A DNA stretch of 22,420 nucleotides from Pedosphaera sp. (GTDB taxonomy: Bacteria; Verrucomicrobiota; Verrucomicrobiia; Limisphaerales; SIBH01), in contig JANOQV010000280.1 in assembly GCA_031414955.1 (NCBI GenBank), positions 1 to 22,420 of the forward strand. The letters run 5' to 3'. Of this stretch, positions 14,324-22,420 are shown in pieces. Position numbers and translations under genes: made by a program. How positions within the stretch are numbered: the stretch's first letter is position 1; the number at the start of each line of letters is the position of its first letter. The notes beneath the pieces were generated by a model, which saw nothing but the letters and a program-made list of their open reading frames with translations, was not told the DNA's origin and did no database searches.

Positions 14324-15844
14324 ATGAAAGAGTTCAGTGCCATTCAGGAAATGTCGGATCGCGGTGCCAGCGCGGTCGGAGCAGCTGCGGCTTCGCCCTC
14401 CGTGGGCGCGGAGGTGCCGCCGGTCACTCTGGATGAAGCCATGGGACGGATCGACATCGAGGTCTCCCGCCGCCTCCGGGCCGAGGCTTCGGTGCGCGAA
14501 TCGGACGAACGTTTCCGTCAATTGAGCGAACACACCGGAAAGTTTCTTTGGATCAGCGATCCTCAAACCAACGAGCTTATTTACGTCAGTCCCGGCTTCG
14601 ATGAGGTCTGGGCCAGAACCCGCGAAGGCAGTTACGCCTCCCCCCAGGACTGGGTGCATTCCTTCAAACGCACCACCCGCGGCTCCACGCCGGGACCGAG
14701 GGGGAAGTCCGAGCAACTCTACCAGGTCGCGGCCCCGGATGGGTCGGTGCGCTGGATTCGCGACCGCATCTTCCCGCTGCGCGATAACTCGGGCCGGGTG
14801 CAACGGGTGCTGGGCATCGCCGAGGATGTGACCGACGCGCGTGCCCTGCACGAGACGGCCACGCAATCCGCCACGCGCACCAGGGCGCTGCACAGCATCA
14901 TTCCCGATCTCGTGTTCCGCATCCGCAAGGACGGTCAGATTCTTGATTCACATTTGGGGACCGACAACCCGTTGAGCAATCTGGCGAATCAAATCGCGGG
15001 GAAAAATTTACGGCATGTCCTGCCGCTCCACCTGGCCACCCAGGCCATGAACCACCTCGGGCAGGCGCTCAAGACGAGACAATTGGTGACTTTCACCTGC
15101 GAGCATCTTTGGCCCGAGGAACTGCGCGACTTTGAAACCCGGCTCATCGCGTGCGCCGAGGATGAGGCCATGGTGCTGGTTCGCGACGTCACCGAACACA
15201 AACGGCTGGAGCGCGAAATCGTGGAGGCCGCCAGTCGCGAGCAGCAGCGCATCGGGCAGGATTTGCACGACAGCCTCGGGCAACATCTCACGGCGATCAG
15301 TTTCCTGAGCAAAGTTCTGGAGCGCAAGCTGGCCGCGAAGGCCGTGGAGGAGGCGGAGGAAGCCGCCGAGATCGGACGCCTGATCGTCCAGGCCCTGGCT
15401 CAAACACGCAATCTCGCCCGCGGTCTCTTCCCGGCGGAGTTGGAGCAAGGTGGACTCGTGACCGCGCTGCGTGAATTGATCAGCTCCATCCAAAAATCGT
15501 GCCATGTCCGCTGCGAATTAGAGATGGAGGAAACGGCTTCGGTGCAGGATCACGTCCTGGCCACCCACGTTTTCCGCATCGCGCAGGAAGCCATGAACAA
15601 CGCTGTGAAGCATGGGCAGGCGCAGCACATCCACGTCTCTCTCAAGTCCAACGGCGACCGGATCGAGCTGTCCATCAGCGACGATGGCACCGGATTCTCG
15701 CCCGAGTCGCGGGTCGATGGACTCGGCTTGCGAATCATGAATTATCGGGCTCGTCGCATCGGCGGCAGCCTGGAAGTCACCACCAACGCCCAGGGAGGAA
15801 CCCGCGTCACCTGCTTGTTCCACAACAAATATGAATCGAATTAA
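14324..15844 (+). CDS. Cytoplasmic PAS-PAS sensor histidine kinase (HisKA_3, NarX/UhpB type)
   Basis: PAS/PAC motifs (YVSPGFDEVW, DGSVRWIRDR, EDVT); H-box EQQRIGQDLHDSLGQHL; QEAMNNAVKHG, DDGTGF, GLGL. Start uncertain. Confidence 0.92.
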   Translation: MKEFSAIQEMSDRGASAVGAAAASPSVGAEVPPVTLDEAMGRIDIEVSRRLRAEASVRESDERFRQLSEHTGKFLWISDPQTNELIYVSPGFDEVWARTREGSYASPQDWVHSFKRTTRGSTPGPRGKSEQLYQVAAPDGSVRWIRDRIFPLRDNSGRVQRVLGIAEDVTDARALHETATQSATRTRALHSIIPDLVFRIRKDGQILDSHLGTDNPLSNLANQIAGKNLRHVLPLHLATQAMNHLGQALKTRQLVTFTCEHLWPEELRDFETRLIACAEDEAMVLVRDVTEHKRLEREIVEAASREQQRIGQDLHDSLGQHLTAISFLSKVLERKLAAKAVEEAEEAAEIGRLIVQALAQTRNLARGLFPAELEQGGLVTALRELISSIQKSCHVRCELEMEETASVQDHVLATHVFRIAQEAMNNAVKHGQAQHIHVSLKSNGDRIELSISDDGTGFSPESRVDGLGLRIMNYRARRIGGSLEVTTNAQGGTRVTCLFHNKYESN

Positions 15845-16592
15845 CCGCACTAAAATCGTCTCCGCTCTGTCCGGAACGAGCAAACGATCGGCCGCGCCGG
15901 TCAATCTGCCCGCCGCCGCCAGTCCGAATGGCAGCAAGTCGAAGCGCCGCGTGCTGCTGATTGATGATCACCCGATCCTCCGCAAAGGCCTGGCGCAACT
16001 CATCAACCAGGAAGCCGACCTCGTGGTCTGCGGCGAAGCGGAGGAGGCACCCAAGGCTTTCGAGGCCGTGAACCAGTTGAAACCAGACGTGGCGGTGGTG
16101 GACATTTCACTCAAAGGCGGCAATGGCCTCGAACTGATCAAGAACATCAAGGCCTTGCATCCTGATTTGCCGCTGCTCGTCCTCTCCATGCACGACGAGA
16201 CGCTCTACGCCGAACGTGCCCTGCGCGCCGGCAGCCTGGGCTACATCATGAAAGAGGAGGCGCTGGAGAAAGTGCTCATCGCCATCCGCCAGGTCATCGG
16301 CGGCGATATATTCCTGAGCGAGCGAATGAAAGGCCGCTTGATCAATCAGATGGTCGGCGGTCGGATCAAGAAGGGCGAGACCTCCATCGACAGTCTGTCG
16401 GACCGGGAACTGGAAGTGTTCCGGCTGATTGGCGAAGGCCGCGGCACGCGCCAGATCGCCGAGGAACTCCGCCTCAGCGTGCGCACCGTCGAAGCCTACC
16501 GCGAGTACATCAAGGACAAGTTGAACCTGGCCAACGGCACCGAACTCGTGCAACACGCCTTCCAATATGTCCACAGCGGTCTGACCGTCTGA
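15831..16592 (+). CDS. NarL/LuxR-family DNA-binding response regulator
   Basis: LLIDDHPILRKGL, VVDISL, LSMH, YIMK; HTH LSDRELEVFRLIGEG...IAEELRLSVRTVEAY; overlaps the kinase 3' end. Confidence 0.94.
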   Translation: MNRINRTKIVSALSGTSKRSAAPVNLPAAASPNGSKSKRRVLLIDDHPILRKGLAQLINQEADLVVCGEAEEAPKAFEAVNQLKPDVAVVDISLKGGNGLELIKNIKALHPDLPLLVLSMHDETLYAERALRAGSLGYIMKEEALEKVLIAIRQVIGGDIFLSERMKGRLINQMVGGRIKKGETSIDSLSDRELEVFRLIGEGRGTRQIAEELRLSVRTVEAYREYIKDKLNLANGTELVQHAFQYVHSGLTV

Positions 16593-16691
16593 GCGTCGCA
16601 CCAAGCCTCCGCCCGCGCCGCCGCGCCGTCCGGTCGGTGATATAATTCCCGTTCGCTTTTGCGCGCGGGATGCTGTTCGCTCGCGCGCACC

Positions 16692-17699
16692 ATGTCCGGC
16701 GCCCAAGTTTTCATCGACCGCAGTCAGTTCCCTGCGAACGTGCGGCGTGATCTGCTCGACTCGCTCCGCGCCCGCGCCTTCAACCACAAGTTCCACTATG
16801 AAAGCCACAAGCAGGCCGCGAAGTGGCTCGCCCTCCACGAGGCTTTTTCCCCGGCGCGACACGACCCGAGTGCGCTGCGCACCTACGACGAGGCGTTTTC
16901 CCGCGCGGCGGATGACTGCATGACGCCGACGCTTCACCTCGTGGGTCTCGGCTGTGGCGGCGGACAGAAGGAGGCGCGATTGTTGGAACTGCTCAACGCC
17001 CGCCGCTCCAAAATCACATGCACGCTTGCCGATGTCAGTTTGCCGCTCGTGCTCACCGCGCGGGAAGCGGCCCGGCTCCACCTCGGCGAAGAGCATTGTC
17101 AAAGCATCGTCTGCGACCTAGCCACGACCGAGGGACTCGGCGCCACGCTGGACAGAATCGCGCCGCACCAGCCCCGGCTGTTCACCCTGTTCGGTCTGAT
17201 CCCAAACTTCGAACCGGCTCCCCTGCTCTCCCGCGTGTCCGCGCTGCTGCGCCCCGGCGACGCGCTCCTCCTCAGCGCCAACCTCGCGCCCGGACCCGAC
17301 TACGCCACTGGCGTGCAGGCCGTGCGGCCGCAGTATGACAACGCCTTGACCCACGACTGGCTGCTCACTTTGCTCCTCGATCTGGGCTTTGAAGCCAGCG
17401 ACGGTCGGCTTCAGTTCACCGTCGAAACCGATCCCCAAGGTCTGCTCCGGATCGCCGCTTACTTTGAATTAAACCGTCCGCGCCAAATCCAAGTTCACGG
17501 CGAAACCATTCCCTTCGTCCGCCACGACCGTATCCGGGTTTTCTTTTCCTACCGCCACACTGCCAGCACCATCTCCAAGCACCTGCTGGAACACGGCCTC
17601 GTGGTGGCAGCGCAATGGCAGAATGCGGCGGGCGAGGAGGGCGTGTTCCTTTGCCGGAAGCCCGGGCCGTTTGCGGGCGAGACTCTGCCGACCGGTTGA
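16692..17699 (+). CDS. Histidine N-alpha-methyltransferase-like SAM-dependent methyltransferase (EgtD/Methyltransf_33 family)
   Basis: HKFHY, LVGLGCGGGQKE, ADVSLPL, LFGLIPNFEP, LRPGDALLL, QYDN, FFSYR. Confidence 0.75.
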   Translation: MSGAQVFIDRSQFPANVRRDLLDSLRARAFNHKFHYESHKQAAKWLALHEAFSPARHDPSALRTYDEAFSRAADDCMTPTLHLVGLGCGGGQKEARLLELLNARRSKITCTLADVSLPLVLTAREAARLHLGEEHCQSIVCDLATTEGLGATLDRIAPHQPRLFTLFGLIPNFEPAPLLSRVSALLRPGDALLLSANLAPGPDYATGVQAVRPQYDNALTHDWLLTLLLDLGFEASDGRLQFTVETDPQGLLRIAAYFELNRPRQIQVHGETIPFVRHDRIRVFFSYRHTASTISKHLLEHGLVVAAQWQNAAGEEGVFLCRKPGPFAGETLPTG

Positions 17700-17785
17700 A
17701 GGTGGAGGTGAACGGGCCTAAACCCCACCGCGCCCGATTTCCCTTCTTGAATCACTTCCCCCGCCCTCCTACGTTGCCGCCCATC

Positions 17786-18076
17786 GTGGACGAGGAATCA
17801 AAGCAGCCGGCCAACCCTCCAGGCACGCCATCGACGCTCTGCCAGTTGAGCGACGTGCAGGCGGGCGATTCCGTCCGCATCAAGCAGCTCTCCGCTTCCC
17901 CCGAGATGTCCAAGCGTCTCCGGGAACTGGGCTTTTGCGAGGAGCAGCGGGTCAAGCTCCTCAGCCGCAATCCCAATCTCATCTGCCAGGTCTGCAACGC
18001 GCGGCTCGGGCTGAGTTCACAGCTCGCCGATTTGATCTGGGTCGAGAAGATCAAGTCGCGCCGCCTCGCCGCGTAA
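17786..18076 (+). CDS. feoA: FeoA-family protein (first copy, Cys-rich)
   Basis: LSDVQAGDSVRIKQL...KRLRELGFCEEQRV...ARLGLSSQLADLIWVE; start (GTG 17786) uncertain. Confidence 0.8.
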   Translation: MDEESKQPANPPGTPSTLCQLSDVQAGDSVRIKQLSASPEMSKRLRELGFCEEQRVKLLSRNPNLICQVCNARLGLSSQLADLIWVEKIKSRRLAA

Positions 18077-18077
18077 G

Positions 18078-18317
18078 ATGTCTGCCGCCTCCCAACCCCT
18101 GACTTCCCTCGAAGCCGGTGCGCGCGCCGTCGTCACCGAAATCAAAATCCCAGTCGAACATCGCGCGCGCATCCTCGAAATGGGACTGATCGTCGGCACC
18201 ACGGTCGAACTGGTGCGCTTCGCCCCGCTGGGCGACCCGGTCGAGATCAAAGTGCGAGGATATAACCTTTCGCTCCGCAAGCATGAGGCGGAGCAGATCC
18301 TCGTCACGAGGAAATGA
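18078..18317 (+). CDS. feoA: Ferrous iron transport protein A
   Basis: RILEMGLIVGTTVELVRFAPLGDPVEIKVRGYNLSLRKHEAEQI. Confidence 0.95.
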   Translation: MSAASQPLTSLEAGARAVVTEIKIPVEHRARILEMGLIVGTTVELVRFAPLGDPVEIKVRGYNLSLRKHEAEQILVTRK

Positions 18318-18421
18318 CGAAGGCCGAATGTCGAATGACGAAAGCATTTCCATATCCCCAATCACTCATCCGCGGGCCCCAGCCCGGCTTTGATGCCTGG
18401 TCCTCCGCGCATTCGTCATTC
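18313..18421. repeat. GAATGAC heptamer repeats with an inverted partner in the feoA-feoB spacer
   Basis: AATGACGAA GGCC GAATGTC GAATGACGAA (18313-18342) and TTCGTCATTC (18412-18421), a perfect 10-bp inverted repeat. Confidence 0.6.
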
Positions 18422-18439
18422 AAACTGGGTCCTTCGTAA

Positions 18440-20734
18440 ATGCCCGCAGCCGAACATACATCCCGCCACATCGTTCTCACCGGCAATCCCAATTGCGGCA
18501 AGACCACGCTCTTCAACGCCCTGACCGGTTTGCGCGGCAAAGTCGGCAACTACCCCGGCGTCACCGTCGAACGCAAGGAGGGCTGGTTGCTCGACCCACC
18601 TCCCGGTCCCACCGTTCGAATTCTTGATCTGCCCGGCACCTACTCGCTCAGCCCGCAGTCGCTCGATGAGCAAATCGCGCGCGATGTGTTGTTCCATCGC
18701 GTCCAGGATGTGCCGCCGCCTGATCTCGTGGTCGTGGTGCTCGATGCCTCGAACCTCCAGCGCAACCTCTACTTCGCCACCCAGGTCATTGAACTCGGTT
18801 ACCCGACCCTCCTCGCGCTCAACATGAGCGACGTGGCGCAGGAGAATGGCCACGAGATCGATGCGGCCGGCCTGAGCAAGGCCTTGGGCGTTCCCGTCGT
18901 GCCGCTCGTGGCCAGCCAGGGCGAAGGACTGAAGGAATTGCGCGCGCAAATGCTCGCCATGCTCAAGACCCCGGCGGCAGCAGTGACCCCTCGCGTCTTC
19001 GCTGAATTGCCCGAAGTCTTCGGCCGCGAAGCCGCGCAGCTCGTGTCCTTGCTCAAGGGCAACTTTCCCGAAACTCATTTTCAAGCCATGGCCGAAGCGC
19101 TGCTCATCCTGAGCGATGAACGCTTCCTCGTCTCCAGCGGCCACCATTACCCGGAAGCCATCCGCGCCGCCGTGGCCGCCGCGCGCCAGCGGCTCGAAAC
19201 GCAACAGATCGATTGGCGCAGCGCCGCCATCGAGGCGCGCTACGCCCGCTTGGCCGCCATCCAGGAAGCCGTCACCACCGAGACGCACATTGAGCAGGAG
19301 AACTTCAGCGACCGCCTCGACCGCGTGCTCACTCATCGCCTCTGGGGCGTGGTGATTTTTGTCAGCGTGATGACCCTGCTCTTCCAGAGCATCTTCACCT
19401 TCGCCCAAGTGCCGATGGATTTGCTGACGGCGGCCGTGGATGGGATCGGCAACTGGGTCGGCTCGTCGATGCCACCAGGCGACTTAAACAGCCTGTTGGT
19501 CGGCGGGGTGATCAAAGGCGTCGGCGCGGTCATCGTGTTCCTGCCCCAGATTCTGCTTCTCTTTCTCTTCATCGCGATCCTGGAAGACACCGGCTACATG
19601 GCCCGCGCCGCCTTTCTCATGGATCGGGTCATGAGCAAAGTTGGACTGCACGGCAAGAGTTTCATCCCCATGCTCAGTTCGTTCGCCTGCGCCATTCCCG
19701 GCATCATGGCCACGCGCACCATCGAATCTCCCAAGGACCGGCTCGTGACCATTCTCGTCGCGCCGCTCATGAGTTGCTCGGCGCGGCTGCCGGTTTACAC
19801 GGTGTTGATCGCGGCGTGTATTCCGCAGACCAAGCTTCTGGGTTTCCTCGGCCTGCCCGGACTGACCATGCTCGCCATGTATCTGCTCGGCATCATTGTG
19901 GCGCTGCTCATGGCGTGGTTGTTCAAGAAGACTTTGCTCAAGGGCGCCACCCCCATGCTCATCATGGAACTGCCGCCCTACAAACGCCCCGTGCCCACGG
20001 TCGTGCTGCGCCACATGTGGGACCGCTCGAAGCTGTTCCTGAAGCGCGCGGGCACGGTGATTCTCGGGATCAATATCGTGCTGTGGGGGCTGGCGACGTA
20101 TCCGAAGCACGAGGCTGTGAACACCGGGTTCATGGTGCAACGTGAACGAATGATTACGAACGCCTTTCCCGGCTTAAGCAAAGTCGAGGCCGAGGAGAAG
20201 TTGCGTAACCTCAAAGAGCAAAAACTCACCGGCGACGAAGGTCGATTGATAACTCCGATTCTTGAATTCGAAAGTCAGGAAGCCAGCCTGCAAGCCGGCG
20301 AAAAGCTCCGCGCCAGCTTCGCTGGCATGATGGGCCGCGCCATCGAGCCGTTCATCAAGCCGCTCGGCTTTGACTGGAAGATCGGCATCGGCGTCATCGG
20401 CTCGTTCGCCGCCCGCGAAGTTTTTGTCAGCACCATGTCCACGGTCTATAACGTGGGCGAGGCGGACGACAGCGACGAAGGCACCGCCAGCCTGGCCAAG
20501 ATGCTTCAGGATCAGAAACGCCCGGACGGTTCGCCCGTTTACACGCCGCTCCTCGGCCTCACGCTCATGGTCTTCTACGTCTTCGCCCTGCAATGCGTCA
20601 GCACCATCGCCGTCGTCCGCCGCGAGACCAACGGCTGGAAGTGGCCCCTCTTCCAATGGCTCTACATGACCGCCCTGGCCTGGGGGCTGGCCTTCCTCAC
20701 CTGGCACGGCGGACACTTGCTCGGCTTCAAGTAG
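18440..20734 (+). CDS. feoB: Ferrous iron transport protein B
   Basis: GNPNCGKT, GNYPGVTVE, DLPGTYSL, NMSD G motifs; LEDTGYMARAAF, CAIPGIMATR, MSCSARLPVY, AAREVFVS. Confidence 0.97.
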   Translation: MPAAEHTSRHIVLTGNPNCGKTTLFNALTGLRGKVGNYPGVTVERKEGWLLDPPPGPTVRILDLPGTYSLSPQSLDEQIARDVLFHRVQDVPPPDLVVVVLDASNLQRNLYFATQVIELGYPTLLALNMSDVAQENGHEIDAAGLSKALGVPVVPLVASQGEGLKELRAQMLAMLKTPAAAVTPRVFAELPEVFGREAAQLVSLLKGNFPETHFQAMAEALLILSDERFLVSSGHHYPEAIRAAVAAARQRLETQQIDWRSAAIEARYARLAAIQEAVTTETHIEQENFSDRLDRVLTHRLWGVVIFVSVMTLLFQSIFTFAQVPMDLLTAAVDGIGNWVGSSMPPGDLNSLLVGGVIKGVGAVIVFLPQILLLFLFIAILEDTGYMARAAFLMDRVMSKVGLHGKSFIPMLSSFACAIPGIMATRTIESPKDRLVTILVAPLMSCSARLPVYTVLIAACIPQTKLLGFLGLPGLTMLAMYLLGIIVALLMAWLFKKTLLKGATPMLIMELPPYKRPVPTVVLRHMWDRSKLFLKRAGTVILGINIVLWGLATYPKHEAVNTGFMVQRERMITNAFPGLSKVEAEEKLRNLKEQKLTGDEGRLITPILEFESQEASLQAGEKLRASFAGMMGRAIEPFIKPLGFDWKIGIGVIGSFAAREVFVSTMSTVYNVGEADDSDEGTASLAKMLQDQKRPDGSPVYTPLLGLTLMVFYVFALQCVSTIAVVRRETNGWKWPLFQWLYMTALAWGLAFLTWHGGHLLGFK

Positions 20735-20986
20735 CGCGGGTTCGCCACCTCCAGCGCCGCCCTGCTCCGCCCGTGGTGGCCGATGCCCCAGACGCAATTC
20801 ACTCCGTAGCCTTGCTTGGTCAACGCCTTCATCAGCTGCACGTTCTGGAGAAACCTGTAGTCGTTGGGGTGATGGCACGCCCGGAATGGCTGGCCGGCGG
20901 CGAAATGAATCGGAGGGATGAGGCGTCCGAATAACTTTTTGTGGCTGCCGTCCGAACGTGTTCACGTTTCACCAGCGAATCAACTT

Positions 20987-22240
20987 ATGAACCGCCGCAC
21001 ATTTCTCGCCGCCGCCCTGGGTTCCGCCGGGGCGTTGCCGCTGACCGCGCAGAATTACTCTGACTACACCAAAGATCCACGACCGGATGTGGCCGAGGGC
21101 GCGTGGACAGTGGGTGGGGTGGACGGGCCGATCTTCAAGGGCAGCCCGGTCATCAGCGGCCCGGCCGCCGAGGCCATGACGATTCTCCAACCGGTGCAAC
21201 GGATGGCGACCGGGCACATGGAATACGCCGTGGAGGAAGGCCCGTGGCAGCGTGTGGATGGCGACGAGGACGGCTTGATGCCGATGTCCGAGCATGTGCT
21301 GAAGTACCGCCTGCCGCCGTTGCCGCCCGGAAAACTCGTGCGGTACCGCGTCGTGGCGCGGGCCTGCGGTTGGGTGAAGGTGCGGCAGTTTTATCACGGC
21401 GAATTCAAGGCCGGGGAAACGCAGGTGAGCACGGAGCGCAGTTTTCGCACGCTCGATCCCGCGGCGGCGCAGACGACGTTCGCCGTATGGAACGACACGC
21501 ATGAGAATGCCGAGACGCTCAAAGTCCTCGACGCGCTGACCACGCCGCTGCGGCCGGATTTCATGCTCTGGAACGGCGACCAGTCGAACGACGTTCACTT
21601 CGAACGCGACATGGCCGGGCAGTTCCTTGCTCCGGCCGGACTCACCATCGCCGACCGCTGGCCGCTGGCTTACGTGCGCGGCAATCACGACGTGCGCGGC
21701 CCCGCCGCGCTATCGCTTCCGGACTTCACCGGCACGCCGGAGGACCGCTACTACTACGGCTTTCGCAGCGGCCCGATGGCGGCCATCGTCTTGGACACGG
21801 GCGAGGACAAGCCTGACGACAGCCCGTATCTGAGCGGGTTGGGTGCGTTTCAAAAAATGCAGCGACGGCAGGCCGAATGGCTCCAGAGCATCGTCAAGGA
21901 GCCATGGTTCCGCGACGCCCCGCACAAAGTCCTCTTCTGCCACATCCCGCTGTGGTTCAAGCACCCAAGGATTCCCAACAGCGACGGCACGAGATACTGC
22001 CGCGACCTTTGGACTCCGACGCTTCTCGCGGCAGGTATCAAGCTCGTCGTCTCTGGTCACACCCACGATTACCTCTGGATGCCCGCGAAGGCCGGCCAAC
22101 CCATCGCGCAACTCATCGGCGGCGCTCCGCAACCGAAATACGCGACCTTCATCCAAGGCACTGCGACCAGCACCGAACTGAAACTGAAGATGACCAAGCT
22201 CGACGGCACCGTCGTGGCCGATGTGACGTTGCCGGCGTGA
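20987..22240 (+). CDS. Tat-exported calcineurin-like metallophosphoesterase (purple-acid-phosphatase-like)
   Basis: MNRRTFLAAALGSAGALP Tat signal; NDTH, NGD, RGNHD, CHIP, SGHTH motifs. Confidence 0.9.
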   Translation: MNRRTFLAAALGSAGALPLTAQNYSDYTKDPRPDVAEGAWTVGGVDGPIFKGSPVISGPAAEAMTILQPVQRMATGHMEYAVEEGPWQRVDGDEDGLMPMSEHVLKYRLPPLPPGKLVRYRVVARACGWVKVRQFYHGEFKAGETQVSTERSFRTLDPAAAQTTFAVWNDTHENAETLKVLDALTTPLRPDFMLWNGDQSNDVHFERDMAGQFLAPAGLTIADRWPLAYVRGNHDVRGPAALSLPDFTGTPEDRYYYGFRSGPMAAIVLDTGEDKPDDSPYLSGLGAFQKMQRRQAEWLQSIVKEPWFRDAPHKVLFCHIPLWFKHPRIPNSDGTRYCRDLWTPTLLAAGIKLVVSGHTHDYLWMPAKAGQPIAQLIGGAPQPKYATFIQGTATSTELKLKMTKLDGTVVADVTLPA

Positions 22241-22284
22241 GAGCCTGTCTGAAAAGTCACTGGGGCAGCGCAAGCGGCCAACCC

Positions 22285-22394
22285 CGGAGTGCGCCCGTCC
22301 ACGGGCGCAGCAACGTGGGAAACACAGCGGGTATGGGTTTTTGCGACGCGCTCCAAGGCATCACCATGCTGCGCCCCAGGACGGGCACACACCG
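22285..22394. repeat. REP doublet (inverted pair of palindromes)
   Basis: CGGAGTGCGCCCGTCCACGGGCGCAGCA (22285-22312) and TGCTGCGCCCCAGGACGGGCACACACCG (22367-22394) are complementary at 24 of 28 positions. Confidence 0.75.
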
Positions 22395-22420
22395 CCAGCG
22401 TATTTTAATAAATGCTATAA

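Noticed and set aside
16692..17699. Ergothioneine biosynthesis cluster
   Set aside because: Only a divergent EgtD-like gene is present; no egtB or egtC in the window.

Overview
GC-rich bacterial chromosome segment; gene content and GTAG-type palindromes suggest Verrucomicrobiota (inference). Backbone: a partial exported 42-aa-TPR protein, a decayed YtfQ-like sugar-binding gene, a hexose-6-phosphate mutarotase, tRNA-Pro(TGG), ispH, dgt, a PAS/HisKA_3 kinase with NarL-type regulator, an EgtD-like methyltransferase, feoA-feoA-feoB and a Tat-exported metallophosphoesterase. Between ispH and dgt is an accessory region of about 7.6 kb. (1) The 3' end of ispH occurs three times (4681-4764, 5560-5643, 6258-6322). 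The copies differ almost only at synonymous sites and each extra copy starts at the stop codon of a two-gene cassette (antitoxin-VapC; an unknown RHH-like/coiled-coil pair). No integrase is visible. (2) An AT-richer block encodes an Ig/CARDB-like protein with an M15-like peptidase domain, a lipoprotein, a TM2 protein and a PEGA/TolB-like lipoprotein. (3) A GC-rich hypothetical gene is preceded by about 14 indel-free, individually palindromic, degenerate 21-bp repeats and an 8-bp microsatellite. Items 1 and 3 are the best candidates for undescribed systems. All family calls come from motif recognition by eye; no searches were run.
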